Positions 1 to 9,868 of a DNA stretch of 37,903 bases are shown here, piece by piece. Below the pieces are notes generated by a model. It saw only the letters and a program-made list of their open reading frames with translations, was not told the origin of the DNA and searched no databases. Source of the stretch: Bacilli bacterium (GTDB lineage: Bacteria; Bacillota_I; Bacilli_A; RF39; UBA660); contig JAFQIC010000042.1 of the NCBI GenBank assembly GCA_017397745.1, positions 1 through 37,903 of the forward strand, read 5' to 3'. A program made the translations under genes and the position numbers. The first letter of the stretch is position 1. Each line of letters begins with the position of its first letter.

Positions 1-6
1 AATTCA

Positions 7-39
7 ATATTAAAAGAGGACTGAGTCCTCTTTTAATAT
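7..39. terminator. Perfect inverted repeat, likely bidirectional intrinsic terminator
   Basis: ATATTAAAAGAGGACT-G-AGTCCTCTTTTAATAT; A/T tracts on both sides of the GC core; downstream of the minus-strand ORF ending at 236. Confidence 0.65.
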
Positions 40-66
40 ATCATATTTTTGTCTTTTTGTGTTGTA

Positions 67-109
67 CAAATTATTTTGGTGAAAATCACCTCAAAATAAT
101 TTGGTGAAA
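67..109. repeat. Two 18-bp direct repeats (16/18 identical) that also form an imperfect inverted repeat
   Basis: CAAATTATTTTGGTGAAA (67-84) and CAAAATAATTTGGTGAAA (92-109); 67-82 pairs with 86-103 with a 2-nt bulge. Confidence 0.6.
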
Positions 110-235
110 CTTGGTTAAATTAATTTGCAAATCTATATTTTTCTACACCCACAGCTCACCTAAATTCACACAATTATAAGTTTTCCGTGAGTTTTTTGGA
201 AAATATACCAAACAAAAGAGTATTAGAATAAATAA

Positions 236-559
236 CTAATACTCGATTTTTTTAATTTCTAAAGGATTTTCATTAGTGATACTTAAAGCATATTTTACTC
301 GTAATAATTTAAAAACCTCAGCTTTTACTTTTTCTTCGTTTTCCCCAAACATATTAATTAAATCTTTAGCAGAATTATAATGTTGTAAAAAAGAACCTTC
401 ATACATAGCATTTCTATAATATGAATTAGCAATATAATAAGCAATAACTTCAGGCATAACATAGCTTTCAATATACTCATCGTAATTTTCTAAAAAAGGT
501 TTTAATATTGCATTAAATTCTTCATCACTAATATCGCCATTAGTAGTCTTTCTAATCAT
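236..559 (-). CDS. Hypothetical protein (~107 aa)
   Basis: ORF 236..571; GGAGG RBS favours the ATG at 559 (MIRKTT...); no recognisable motif. Confidence 0.7.
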   Translation of the reverse strand: MIRKTTNGDISDEEFNAILKPFLENYDEYIESYVMPEVIAYYIANSYYRNAMYEGSFLQHYNSAKDLINMFGENEEKVKAEVFKLLRVKYALSITNENPLEIKKIEY

Positions 560-634
560 AGGCACCTCCAATTTGTTGTATTAATCACTTAAAAATCAAA
601 ATTTTGCAACAAAATGTGTCAAATTTTTAAAAAT

Positions 635-678
635 TGTTATAATTTGTGTTATAATTATAATGTAAGGAAAGTAAGGAG
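635..678 (+). promoter_or_regulatory. Extended -10 promoter element(s) and tandem GTAAGGA repeats upstream of the AbrB-family gene
   Basis: TGTTATAATT twice (635-644, 647-656); GTAAGGA twice (662-668, 671-677), the second overlapping the RBS. Confidence 0.45.
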
Positions 679-686
679 AAAATGAT

Positions 687-914
687 ATGAAAAAAGAAAA
701 TGAATTTTTAGCAACAGCTAAATTAACGTCAAAAGGACAAATTACTATTCCAAAAATTGTAAGAGAAACATTAAAACTTGATGAAGGAGACTCTGTATTC
801 TTTTATGTGGATAAAAACAATAATATAAAAATATCCAATACAAAAGATTGTAAAATTGAAACTGATAATAATAAAGAACAAATAGTAGTTAAGAGAGGTA
901 ATAAAAATGAGTAA
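687..914 (+). CDS. AbrB/MazE/SpoVT-family DNA-binding protein
   Basis: AKLTSKGQITIPKIVRETLKLDEGD swapped-hairpin signature; overlaps the hsdM start by 8 nt. Confidence 0.9.
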   Translation: MKKENEFLATAKLTSKGQITIPKIVRETLKLDEGDSVFFYVDKNNNIKISNTKDCKIETDNNKEQIVVKRGNKNE

Positions 915-2631
915 TATAGCAAGAATTGTGAATGAAAAAGCATCATTGATTTGGAGTATTGCAGATAAATTGGTTGGCGTATACAAACCGCATGAATATG
1001 GAGATGTTATTCTTCCACTAACGGTTTTAAAAAGATTTGATTCTGTTTTGGGAGATACAAAAGATAAAGTATTAGAAATGGCAAAAAAATATCCAGAAAC
1101 TTTTGCTAAGAGAGATTTTGTTTTGAAAGAAACAGCAGGCCAAAAGTTTTATAACACATCTAAATATGATTTTAAAAAGTTATTAGATGATCCGGATAAC
1201 ATTGAAGAGAATTTTTATAATTATATAAATGGATATTCTGATGAAGTTAAAGATATTATTAAAAATTTTGATTTAAACAAGCAGATAGAAAGAATGGCTG
1301 ATAGTGGAATTTTATATCAAGTTATAGATACTTATAATTCAGAAAAAGCAAATTTACATCCAAACTATGTTTCGAACATTGAAATGGGATATATTTTTGA
1401 AGAAATTATAAGAAGATTTAATGAATTATCAAATGAAGAAGCTGGACAACATTATACTCCAAGAGAAGTTATTGAATTAATGGTTAATTTAATATTTGAA
1501 GACGAAGAAGATTTAGCTGATTCTTCTAAAATTAAAACAGTATATGATGGAGCTTGCGGGACGGGTGGAATGTTAACTGCTAGCATGGAATATGCTAAAA
1601 AATTAAATTCATCATCAAGAATTCTATGTTATGGACAAGAATTAAATGCTCAAACATATGCTATTTGTAAAGCTGATATGTTAATTAAGGGAGAAGATTC
1701 TAATAATATAAGACATGGAAATACCTTATCAGGAGATTTATTTCCTGGTGAAAATTTTGATTATATTATAATGAATCCACCATTTGGAATTGAATGGAAA
1801 AATGAAAAAGCTGCAGTGCTGAAAGAAGCAGAAAAGGGTAGTGATGGAAGATTTCCGGCAGGGACACCAGCTATATCTGATAGTCAATTATTGTTTTTAC
1901 AAAATGCTGTATCCAAAATGAAACCAGAAGGTTCCAAAATTGCAATAGTACATAATGGTTCCGCATTGTTTAAAGGGGATGCTGGATCAGGTGAGTCTGA
2001 AATAAGACGCTATGTAATAGAAAATGATTTATTAGATTGTATTGTTCAATTACCTAATGATATGTTTTATAATACTCCAATTGCAACATATATTTGGATT
2101 TTATCTAATAAAAAACCTTCACATAGAATTGGAAAAGTCCAATTGATAGATGCTTCTTCATTTGGAAAAAGATTGAGAAAACCTTTAGGAAATAAAAGAA
2201 ACGAAATTTCTAATGATCAAATTAATAAAATAACTAAAATATATGGTGATTTTGTTGAAAATGAATATTCTAAGATATATGAATTAGAAAATTTTGGATA
2301 TAGAAAAGTTACAATACTAATTCCGGAACTAGATGTAAATGGTTTAGTAAAAAAGAATTCTAAAGGAATACCAATAATAAATAAAGATTTAACAGAAACA
2401 GAAGTGATTCCTCTTAGTCAATCAATAGAGGATTATTTGAATAAAGAAGTTGTTCCGTTTAATGAATATGCAATGGTAGATGATTCAAAAACTAAAATTG
2501 GTTATGAAATATTGTTTATGAAATATTTTTATAAATATGTTGAACCTAAAAACTCAAAAGATATTCTAAAAGAAATTTCTGATTTAGATAAGGAATTAGA
2601 TTTTATATTGAAGGAGATTTCATATGAGTAG
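907..2631 (+). CDS. hsdM: Type I restriction-modification methyltransferase subunit M
   Basis: N-terminal IWSIADKL; GQHYTPREV; motif I YDGACGTGGML; motif IV NPPF; LPNDMFYNT. Confidence 0.95.
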   Translation: MSNIARIVNEKASLIWSIADKLVGVYKPHEYGDVILPLTVLKRFDSVLGDTKDKVLEMAKKYPETFAKRDFVLKETAGQKFYNTSKYDFKKLLDDPDNIEENFYNYINGYSDEVKDIIKNFDLNKQIERMADSGILYQVIDTYNSEKANLHPNYVSNIEMGYIFEEIIRRFNELSNEEAGQHYTPREVIELMVNLIFEDEEDLADSSKIKTVYDGACGTGGMLTASMEYAKKLNSSSRILCYGQELNAQTYAICKADMLIKGEDSNNIRHGNTLSGDLFPGENFDYIIMNPPFGIEWKNEKAAVLKEAEKGSDGRFPAGTPAISDSQLLFLQNAVSKMKPEGSKIAIVHNGSALFKGDAGSGESEIRRYVIENDLLDCIVQLPNDMFYNTPIATYIWILSNKKPSHRIGKVQLIDASSFGKRLRKPLGNKRNEISNDQINKITKIYGDFVENEYSKIYELENFGYRKVTILIPELDVNGLVKKNSKGIPIINKDLTETEVIPLSQSIEDYLNKEVVPFNEYAMVDDSKTKIGYEILFMKYFYKYVEPKNSKDILKEISDLDKELDFILKEISYE

Positions 2632-3922
2632 GACGATGAAATATACGGGTATTGAATGGTTGGGCGAGATACCAGAATCATGGGAAGTGAAAAAAGTTAG
2701 AAATGTATTCTTTAGAAGAAAAGAAATTAATCAAACCTCCGATCCGATCATTTTATCGTTAGCTAGAGATGGAGTTAAAGTTAGAGATATATCTAATAAT
2801 GAGGGGCAACTTGCTGAGAGTTATGATAATTATCATATTGTTTACAAAGGAGATTTGATGATAAATCCTATGGATTTAGTAAGTGGTGCTAATTGTAGCG
2901 TTTCTGAAAACGAAGGAGTTATTAGTCCAGCATATATAAATTTAGCAAAAAAAGTAGATTGTAATTCTAGATACTTTGATTATTATTTTAAAAATCAATA
3001 TTGGGTTAAGGCAATGTTTATACATGGAAAAGGAGTTTCTTTTGATAATAGATGGACAATAACCGCAGAAACACTTATGAATTATTATATTCCTTTTCCG
3101 GCAAAAGAAGAACAGGATAAAATAGCGACTTATTTAGATGAAAAAACAAAAAAAATTGATTATTTAATTGAAAAAAATAAAGAAATTATTAAATTATTAA
3201 ACGATTATTTTAAATCATTAACGACGGAATATACAACAGGAAAAAGATATATTGTTCAAAAAAAAGATTCAGAGATTGAATGGATTGGAGAGATACCTAA
3301 AACTTGGAACATTATTTCATTTAAAAATATTATGAAAGAACGCAATGAAAAGAATAATCCAGTAAAAAGTAAGACTCGATTATCTCTTTCAATAGATAAA
3401 GGTATAACTACATATTCTGAAAAAACAACTAATTTGGATAGATTTAAAGAGGAGTTTGAACAGTATAAGTTAGCGCATATTGGCGATTTAGTATTTAACA
3501 GCATGAACATGATTGTTGGAGCTGTTGGGTATTCCAATTATTATGGATGCGTTAGTCCGGTATACTATACCTATTATGATGAAGATGGCGAATATCATTA
3601 TTATTCAAGATTCTATGAGTATTTATTCAGGTCTAAAGGTATACGCAAAAAACTATATTCTATTGGAAGAGGGATTATTTCCTTTGATAAAGGTGATGAT
3701 CAAATTAATACCTGCAGATTAAAAATAAGTAGAGATGATTTGAGAGGATTTAAAGTACCGTTACCGCCATATAATGAAATTAAAACAATAGTAGATGATC
3801 TAGATGAAAGAAAAAAACAAATTAATAATGTTATAAAGATTAGAGAACAAATTATAGAAAAATTAGAAGAATATAAAAAGTCACTTATATATGAATGTGT
3901 GACAGGAAAAAGAGAGGTGTAA
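2624..3922 (+). CDS. hsdS: Type I restriction-modification specificity subunit S
   Basis: Two TRDs, each preceded by a conserved repeat (GIEWLGEIPESW, EIEWIGEIPKTW); P..EEQ helical spacer; C-terminal EYKKSLIYECVTGK. Confidence 0.95.
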   Translation: MSRTMKYTGIEWLGEIPESWEVKKVRNVFFRRKEINQTSDPIILSLARDGVKVRDISNNEGQLAESYDNYHIVYKGDLMINPMDLVSGANCSVSENEGVISPAYINLAKKVDCNSRYFDYYFKNQYWVKAMFIHGKGVSFDNRWTITAETLMNYYIPFPAKEEQDKIATYLDEKTKKIDYLIEKNKEIIKLLNDYFKSLTTEYTTGKRYIVQKKDSEIEWIGEIPKTWNIISFKNIMKERNEKNNPVKSKTRLSLSIDKGITTYSEKTTNLDRFKEEFEQYKLAHIGDLVFNSMNMIVGAVGYSNYYGCVSPVYYTYYDEDGEYHYYSRFYEYLFRSKGIRKKLYSIGRGIISFDKGDDQINTCRLKISRDDLRGFKVPLPPYNEIKTIVDDLDERKKQINNVIKIREQIIEKLEEYKKSLIYECVTGKREV

Positions 3923-3923
3923 T

Positions 3924-6908
3924 ATGGAAACTCAAGAAAAGAATTTTGAAGAATCAATTCAAAAATATTTAGTAACAAAAGGTGGATATCATATTAGTGA
4001 TGGATTAGGATATGATAGATTAAAAGGATATAATCCAAAAGTTTTAATTGATTTTATTGCATCTACTCAAAATAAAAAATGGATGAAATTAATGTCTATT
4101 CATGGAGAATATACTAAAGACTATTTCTTAAAAAAAGTTGAAGAACAAATTAAAGAACATGGATTACTTGCAACTTTAAGAGATAAAATTAAACTTGATG
4201 GAATGGAATTTAAATTAGTATTTTTTAAACCAGAAACATCGATGAATCCAGATTTAGAAGAATTATATAATGGCAATATCTTAGAGTGCGTAAGACAATT
4301 ACATTATTCTATGGATAATGAAAATAGTGTTGATATAACATTATTTATTAATGGATTTCCAATTGTAATTATGGAATTGAAGAATCAATATACAGGACAA
4401 GATATAAATAATTCAATGCATCAATTTAAATTTGATAGAGATCCAGAGGAACCAATCTTTAAATTTAATGAAAGAAGTTTAGTATATTTTGGTGTTGATT
4501 TGTTTGAATGTGTAATGAGCACTAAATTAGCAAAGGGAAGCACATACTTCTTACCTTTTAATCAAGGAACAAACGGTGCAGGTAATGTAGGTGGAGCAGG
4601 TAATCCAAACAACAAAGACGGATTTGGTACAGCATATTTATGGGAAAAAGTATTATGTAAAGATTCGTTACTTGAAATACTACAAAAATATATGCATTTA
4701 GATTATGATCCAACTAAATCATGGAGAACAGGTAAGATGATATTCCCTAGATATCATCAATTAGATGCAGTAACTAAATTGGTAAAAGATGCAAAAGAAA
4801 ATGGTAGTGGTAAAAATTATTTGATACAACATAGTGCAGGGTCTGGAAAATCAAATTCTATAGCTTGGCTTGCATATAGATTATCTTCATTACATGACGA
4901 TAGTGATAATAAAATATTTGATTCAGTAATTGTTGTTACTGATAGAAAAGTATTAGATAGTCAATTACAAAATACAATATATCAATTTGACCATGTTCCG
5001 GGAACTGTGGTTAAGATAGATAAGGGTAAAACATCAAAAGATTTATTACAAGCTATAAATGATGGTAAAAAAATAATAATTACAACATTACAAAAATTTC
5101 CAAGAATATATACTGAAATTAATAGTGTTGAAAAGAAGTTTGCTGTTATAGTTGATGAGGCTCATTCATCTCAAACAGGAACTAGCGCCTCTAAATTAAA
5201 AGAGGGATTAGGTAATACTGAAGAAATATTAGAGGAATATGCAAGAAATGAATTAGCGGAAGAAAATAGTAGAATTGAAGATGATGATCTCCTAATGAAT
5301 GAATTAGCATCGCATGGGGACCACTCTAATATGTCATTCTTTGCTTTTACTGCTACTCCAAAAGATAAAACGTTACAAATATTTGGGACAAAACAATTGG
5401 ATGGAAGTTACAGACCATATCATGTTTATTCGATGCAACAAGCTATTGAAGAAGGATTTATATTAGATGTACTAAAAAATTATATGACATATGATATGTA
5501 TTATAAGATTGTTAAAAGTGCAGCAGATGATCCTGAAGTTAAGACTTCGAAAGGAATGAAAGCAATTGCTCGATATGAATCATTACATCCTCATAATTTA
5601 AGCCAAAAAGCAGCAATAATGATCGAACATTTCTTAAATACAACAAGATACAAATTGGGTGGAAAAGCAAAAGCTATGGTTGTTACTTCGTCTAGATTAC
5701 ATGCTGTTAGATATTTAAAAGAATTTAGAAAGTACATTAAAGAACACAATATAGATGATATAGATGTTTTGGTAGCATTTTCTGGCGATTTAAATGATAA
5801 CGGCGAAATAGTAAGCGAAGAAAAATTAAATATTGATTACAAAGGAAATAATGAACATATAAAAGAAAGTCAATTGCCAAAAAGATTTAATGAATCATAT
5901 AATGTATTAATTGTTGCAGAAAAATATCAAACAGGCTTTGATGAACCATTGTTACATACTATGTTTGTTGATAAACCATTATATGGTGTAAAAGCTGTTC
6001 AAACTTTATCAAGATTAAATAGAACATGTCCAGGAAAGACAGATACTTTTGTACTTGATTTTGTAAATACTGCTGATGAGATTAGAGATTCTTTTCAACC
6101 ATATTATCAAGCCACAAATTTAACAGAAGGTGTTGATCCTAATAATGTGTATGCTATTTATAAAAGGGTAGAAGCTTATAGATTATTTGCCGAATCAGAG
6201 GCGCTTGAATTTGCAAAAGTATATTACAGTGGAAAAGAAGATATGTCTAAATTAAATTTCTATTTATACCCAGCTAGAAAGAAATATATGGATATGAAGA
6301 AAGAAGATCAAAGAGAATTTAAATCAATTCTTCAAGCATTTATTAGATGTTATGGATTTGTAGTTCAAGTAGCAAGAATGATGGATAAGGACATTCAAAG
6401 TAAATACATATTCTGTAAATATTTAAATAAAACATTACCAAAAGAACATGAAACAGTTATTGATTTAGATGATAAAATCGAACTTGAATATTATAGATTA
6501 GAAAAGAAATTTGAAGGTTCTATTGAATTAACTTCAGAAGAAGGAGAACTAAATCCACCTAAAGGTACTATTGGTAAAAAAGAAGAAGAGAAAGAACCGC
6601 TAAGTGTTCTTGTCGATAAAATTAATCAAAGATATAAAACAAACTTTACTAATATGGATAAAGTGATGGAACAAATAACACAAGATTTCTTAGATGATGA
6701 TGAAATGGTAAATCTTGCTAAAAACAATGAACCAGAAGCATTTAGAAAGATATATAATGAAGAGTTCCAAAGAAAAACATTTAAGAGATATCAACAAAAT
6801 ACTGATATGTTTGAAAAAATGATGTCTGAACCAGGATATATGGAAGACTTTATGACAAGCATGTTTAAATTTATTTATGATAAGTTAAAGAATAAAGGAG
6901 AAAAATAG
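3924..6908 (+). CDS. hsdR: Type I restriction endonuclease subunit R
   Basis: Nuclease motif DITLFINGFPIVIMELKN; Walker A HSAGSGKS; DEAH; FTATPK; QTGFD; QTLSRLNR. Confidence 0.95.
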   Translation: METQEKNFEESIQKYLVTKGGYHISDGLGYDRLKGYNPKVLIDFIASTQNKKWMKLMSIHGEYTKDYFLKKVEEQIKEHGLLATLRDKIKLDGMEFKLVFFKPETSMNPDLEELYNGNILECVRQLHYSMDNENSVDITLFINGFPIVIMELKNQYTGQDINNSMHQFKFDRDPEEPIFKFNERSLVYFGVDLFECVMSTKLAKGSTYFLPFNQGTNGAGNVGGAGNPNNKDGFGTAYLWEKVLCKDSLLEILQKYMHLDYDPTKSWRTGKMIFPRYHQLDAVTKLVKDAKENGSGKNYLIQHSAGSGKSNSIAWLAYRLSSLHDDSDNKIFDSVIVVTDRKVLDSQLQNTIYQFDHVPGTVVKIDKGKTSKDLLQAINDGKKIIITTLQKFPRIYTEINSVEKKFAVIVDEAHSSQTGTSASKLKEGLGNTEEILEEYARNELAEENSRIEDDDLLMNELASHGDHSNMSFFAFTATPKDKTLQIFGTKQLDGSYRPYHVYSMQQAIEEGFILDVLKNYMTYDMYYKIVKSAADDPEVKTSKGMKAIARYESLHPHNLSQKAAIMIEHFLNTTRYKLGGKAKAMVVTSSRLHAVRYLKEFRKYIKEHNIDDIDVLVAFSGDLNDNGEIVSEEKLNIDYKGNNEHIKESQLPKRFNESYNVLIVAEKYQTGFDEPLLHTMFVDKPLYGVKAVQTLSRLNRTCPGKTDTFVLDFVNTADEIRDSFQPYYQATNLTEGVDPNNVYAIYKRVEAYRLFAESEALEFAKVYYSGKEDMSKLNFYLYPARKKYMDMKKEDQREFKSILQAFIRCYGFVVQVARMMDKDIQSKYIFCKYLNKTLPKEHETVIDLDDKIELEYYRLEKKFEGSIELTSEEGELNPPKGTIGKKEEEKEPLSVLVDKINQRYKTNFTNMDKVMEQITQDFLDDDEMVNLAKNNEPEAFRKIYNEEFQRKTFKRYQQNTDMFEKMMSEPGYMEDFMTSMFKFIYDKLKNKGEK

Positions 6909-8744
6909 ATGATTAGACACGTAGAACAAAAGTCGGTTTCACAAGTATTACCTGATGATAAAATTATTTATAAAATTCCTAAATATCAAAGAAAATATAC
7001 ATGGGGTCAAAATGAATGGGATTTGCTATTCAATGATGTTTTAGAAAATGATGAAGGATATTTTTTAGGATCAACTATTTGTGTTACTATACCAAGTAGT
7101 GCATATGGAGCTACTTATTTAGAAGTTATTGACGGACAACAAAGAATGACTTCGCTATCAATTTTATTATCTGTATTATATACTAAACTTTTGAAACATA
7201 AAGATGAATTAGATATAGACAGTATGACTGATTTAAATAATATAAAAAGACAATTAGCATATAAGCAAGATGATAAATATATTCCTAGACTGCAATTACA
7301 AATACAAGATAACAATCAAGCTGATTATAACTACTTATTATCAGAATCTGAAATAATAGAAAAAACAGAATTTCCACTTTATTGTGGCAATAGAAAAATA
7401 TATAAAGCAGCTAGATATTTTGATAAATTAATAACTAATTTTTTACAATCAGAAGATTCTGAAAATGTTTATAGAGGGTTAAAATCTGATAATGAAGTTA
7501 AAACTTTATTAAATTTAGTTAGAAGATTTAATAGTGCGATTTTAGTAGTTATAGAAGTAGATAATCATAAAGATGCATATATGTTATTTGAATCACTAAA
7601 TAATCGCGGAGTGCCTTTAACTGCTATAGATTTAATTAAAAATTTGCTTATATCAACATCTGAAAGAGATGGAAAATCAGATGAATGTTATGATAAATGG
7701 ACAAAAATTCAAAAGAATTTAGGTGAAGAATATTCTGTTCAAGAAAGATTTTTCAGACATTATTACAATGCATTTATAGACGAATTAAATAAACCATTTA
7801 TTACTCCAGAAAGTACTAAAAAATATCCATTGGCATATTTGGCAACAAAAACAACATTAATGGATATTTATGAAAGATTAATAAAAAAAGATTATATTAA
7901 ATTTATTGATGATATTGAATATGCATCAGATAATTATGCAATGATTATTAATAATTCTGATAAGAAACCAAGCTATGCCGAGGAACTTTTAAATCTTGAA
8001 AGAGTTCAAGGAGCTCCTGGATATTTGTTGCTTCTTTATTTAGAAAATAATAAAGAAACTTTAAAACTTACAGATAATAACATGAAAGATATTATAAAAT
8101 TATTAGTATCATTCTTTGTAAGAAGAAATATAACAGATATTCCGAACACAAGAAATTTAACTAAAATATTTATGGATATAATAGCGTCTATTAAAGAAAA
8201 TGATTGCAATTTAATTTATGATATTTGTAGAAACAAATTAGTTTCAGAATCAGCTCCTGATAGTCTATTTGAAGAAAAATTAAGGGGTCCACTATATGAC
8301 TTAAATGATACAGCAACAAGATTTATACTATGTCATATTGAAGCACAACACACAACAAAAGAAATATATACAGATTTGTGGTCTAGAGATAACAGTAATA
8401 AATATGTATGGACAATTGAACACATATTCCCAGAAGGACAAAAAATTCCAAAAGAATGGGTTGATATGATTGCTAACGGAAACGAAGATTTGGCATATGA
8501 ATATTTAAATAAATATGTGCATACACTAGGTAATTTAACTATCACAGGATATAATTCTAATTTGAGCAATTTTGATTTTGAAAAGAAAAAATATAGAAAG
8601 AATCAAGAAGGAAAAGACATCGGATATACAAATGGATTATATTTAAATAATGATGTAGTAGTTGAAGACAAATGGACAGTTGAAAGGATAAAAAATAGAA
8701 CAGATAAATTAGTATCAATAAGTTTGAGTTTATTTAAACTTTAG
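6909..8744 (+). CDS. GmrSD-like DUF262 + DUF1524 (HNH) protein, putative type IV restriction enzyme
   Basis: IPKYQRKYTW, FLGS, IDGQQR, FESLNNRG (DUF262); IEHIFP...LGNLT..N (DUF1524); starts immediately after the hsdR stop. Confidence 0.88.
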   Translation: MIRHVEQKSVSQVLPDDKIIYKIPKYQRKYTWGQNEWDLLFNDVLENDEGYFLGSTICVTIPSSAYGATYLEVIDGQQRMTSLSILLSVLYTKLLKHKDELDIDSMTDLNNIKRQLAYKQDDKYIPRLQLQIQDNNQADYNYLLSESEIIEKTEFPLYCGNRKIYKAARYFDKLITNFLQSEDSENVYRGLKSDNEVKTLLNLVRRFNSAILVVIEVDNHKDAYMLFESLNNRGVPLTAIDLIKNLLISTSERDGKSDECYDKWTKIQKNLGEEYSVQERFFRHYYNAFIDELNKPFITPESTKKYPLAYLATKTTLMDIYERLIKKDYIKFIDDIEYASDNYAMIINNSDKKPSYAEELLNLERVQGAPGYLLLLYLENNKETLKLTDNNMKDIIKLLVSFFVRRNITDIPNTRNLTKIFMDIIASIKENDCNLIYDICRNKLVSESAPDSLFEEKLRGPLYDLNDTATRFILCHIEAQHTTKEIYTDLWSRDNSNKYVWTIEHIFPEGQKIPKEWVDMIANGNEDLAYEYLNKYVHTLGNLTITGYNSNLSNFDFEKKKYRKNQEGKDIGYTNGLYLNNDVVVEDKWTVERIKNRTDKLVSISLSLFKL

Positions 8745-8756
8745 GCAAATATAGAA

Positions 8757-8784
8757 GCTCAGAAAATGTTTCTGAGTTTTTTTG
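8757..8784 (+). terminator. Intrinsic terminator of the RM operon
   Basis: CTCAGAAA-atg-TTTCTGAG followed by a T run. Confidence 0.75.
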
Positions 8785-8854
8785 ATAAGGATAATTTGAG
8801 TTAGTTATGTGAAATAATTTATGGTATAATATTAAGTAAATCTGGGGGGATAAC

Positions 8855-9562
8855 ATGTATAAAGATATTGAAAAGTTATATAAGGAAAAAAGTCCATATA
8901 ATAGAATAAAAAAATGGACATTTTGGATATATGTTGTGTTCATTTTAATTTCATTAATTTTCAACTTTTTTAATAAAATAGTACCAATGATTTTAGTTTT
9001 TATAGCCATGCTTGTTATTATGAAAGTTGTGATTGAAAAAATATTAAATACAAAATTACATTTTAATATAGGTAAAAAGAAAGAAGATGAGATAACATTA
9101 TCCTTAATCATTAAAAATGAAGAAGATAAACTTTTTAAAGGATATTCTATAAATAATAATCTGTATAATGAAAAATCACTTTTATGTATAATTGGTCATT
9201 ATAGAAATTTAATTAAAACTAAAATTGTTGGTGGCAATTTATTGGCTATACTGTCAATTGTTGTACCAGTAATATTATCATTTTATACTAAAGAAGGATT
9301 TGATTTTAATGGGTTAGCTAATGCATTGCCATATTTAATAAGTTTCAGTATCATAATAATTTTATTATATTTTTCATACAATCAATTTATTGAAGCAAAG
9401 AAATTTTTAAAAGGCGAAGATGGTATGCTTGAAAGGTTAGAAGAAATATTTAGTGAGCTATATGTAGAGTTCCTTAATGAATCTAATGTTGATAAAACGA
9501 AAGTTAAAAAGAAAGAAACTAAAAATCAAAGTAATAAAAAAATAAAGACATCAAAAAAATAA
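8855..9562 (+). CDS. Hypothetical membrane protein (two pairs of TM helices, Lys-rich tail)
   Basis: 235-aa ORF with GGGGGA RBS and TGGTATAAT extended -10 at 8822-8830; four hydrophobic segments. Confidence 0.75.
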   Translation: MYKDIEKLYKEKSPYNRIKKWTFWIYVVFILISLIFNFFNKIVPMILVFIAMLVIMKVVIEKILNTKLHFNIGKKKEDEITLSLIIKNEEDKLFKGYSINNNLYNEKSLLCIIGHYRNLIKTKIVGGNLLAILSIVVPVILSFYTKEGFDFNGLANALPYLISFSIIIILLYFSYNQFIEAKKFLKGEDGMLERLEEIFSELYVEFLNESNVDKTKVKKKETKNQSNKKIKTSKK

Positions 9563-9575
9563 TTGATGTCTTTTT
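9544..9575 (+). terminator. Intrinsic terminator overlapping the stop codon
   Basis: AAAGACATCAA...TTGATGTCTTT then TT. Confidence 0.6.
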
Positions 9576-9594
9576 AGGTACGATTTAGGTACGA
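9573..9594. repeat. Perfect 11-bp tandem repeat at the island edge (candidate integrase arm-type sites)
   Basis: TTTAGGTACGA TTTAGGTACGA; the repeat is certain, its function is inferred. Confidence 0.6.
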
Positions 9595-9655
9595 TGCCAT
9601 TAAACAAAGCTGGTAAATTACGAAAACATCATCAATTTATAGGCATATTTTCAAC

Positions 9656-9732
9656 AAAAAAGGGCACTTTTGACCATAAAAGTACCAATCAACCAAAACC
9701 CCCTGAAGAGAGCAATCAACCCCCATTCTCAT
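9656..9732 (-). ncRNA. Possible small G-rich RNA with its own terminator
   Basis: Minus strand reads GAGAATGGGGGTTGATTGCTCTCTTCAGGGGGTTTTGGTTGATT, then hairpin GGTACTTTT/AAAAGTGCC and a T6 run; no annotated minus-strand gene feeds this terminator. Confidence 0.3.
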
Positions 9733-9868
9733 AAAAACACGATGTATAACTAGATTGTGAAAGTATTGCTATATAAATAGTAATATAGTACAGAATAAAT
9801 TAAAATTGAAATATTGTAGAAATAAATTAATAAATGCTGTATAATTTAAAGATAAGAGGTGGAAAGAT

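Noticed and set aside
687-914. AbrB/MazE gene as the antitoxin of a type II toxin-antitoxin pair
   Set aside because: No MazF, PIN or Fic toxin gene is adjacent; it is coupled directly to hsdM.
2624-3922. Phase-variable hsdS (shufflon or homopolymer switching)
   Set aside because: Single hsdS, no recombinase or inverted copies; internal repeats are normal conserved regions and the A runs are expected at this base composition.
9637-9732. 31-codon minus-strand ORF MRMGVDCSLQG...
   Set aside because: No RBS, and it runs through the terminator hairpin.
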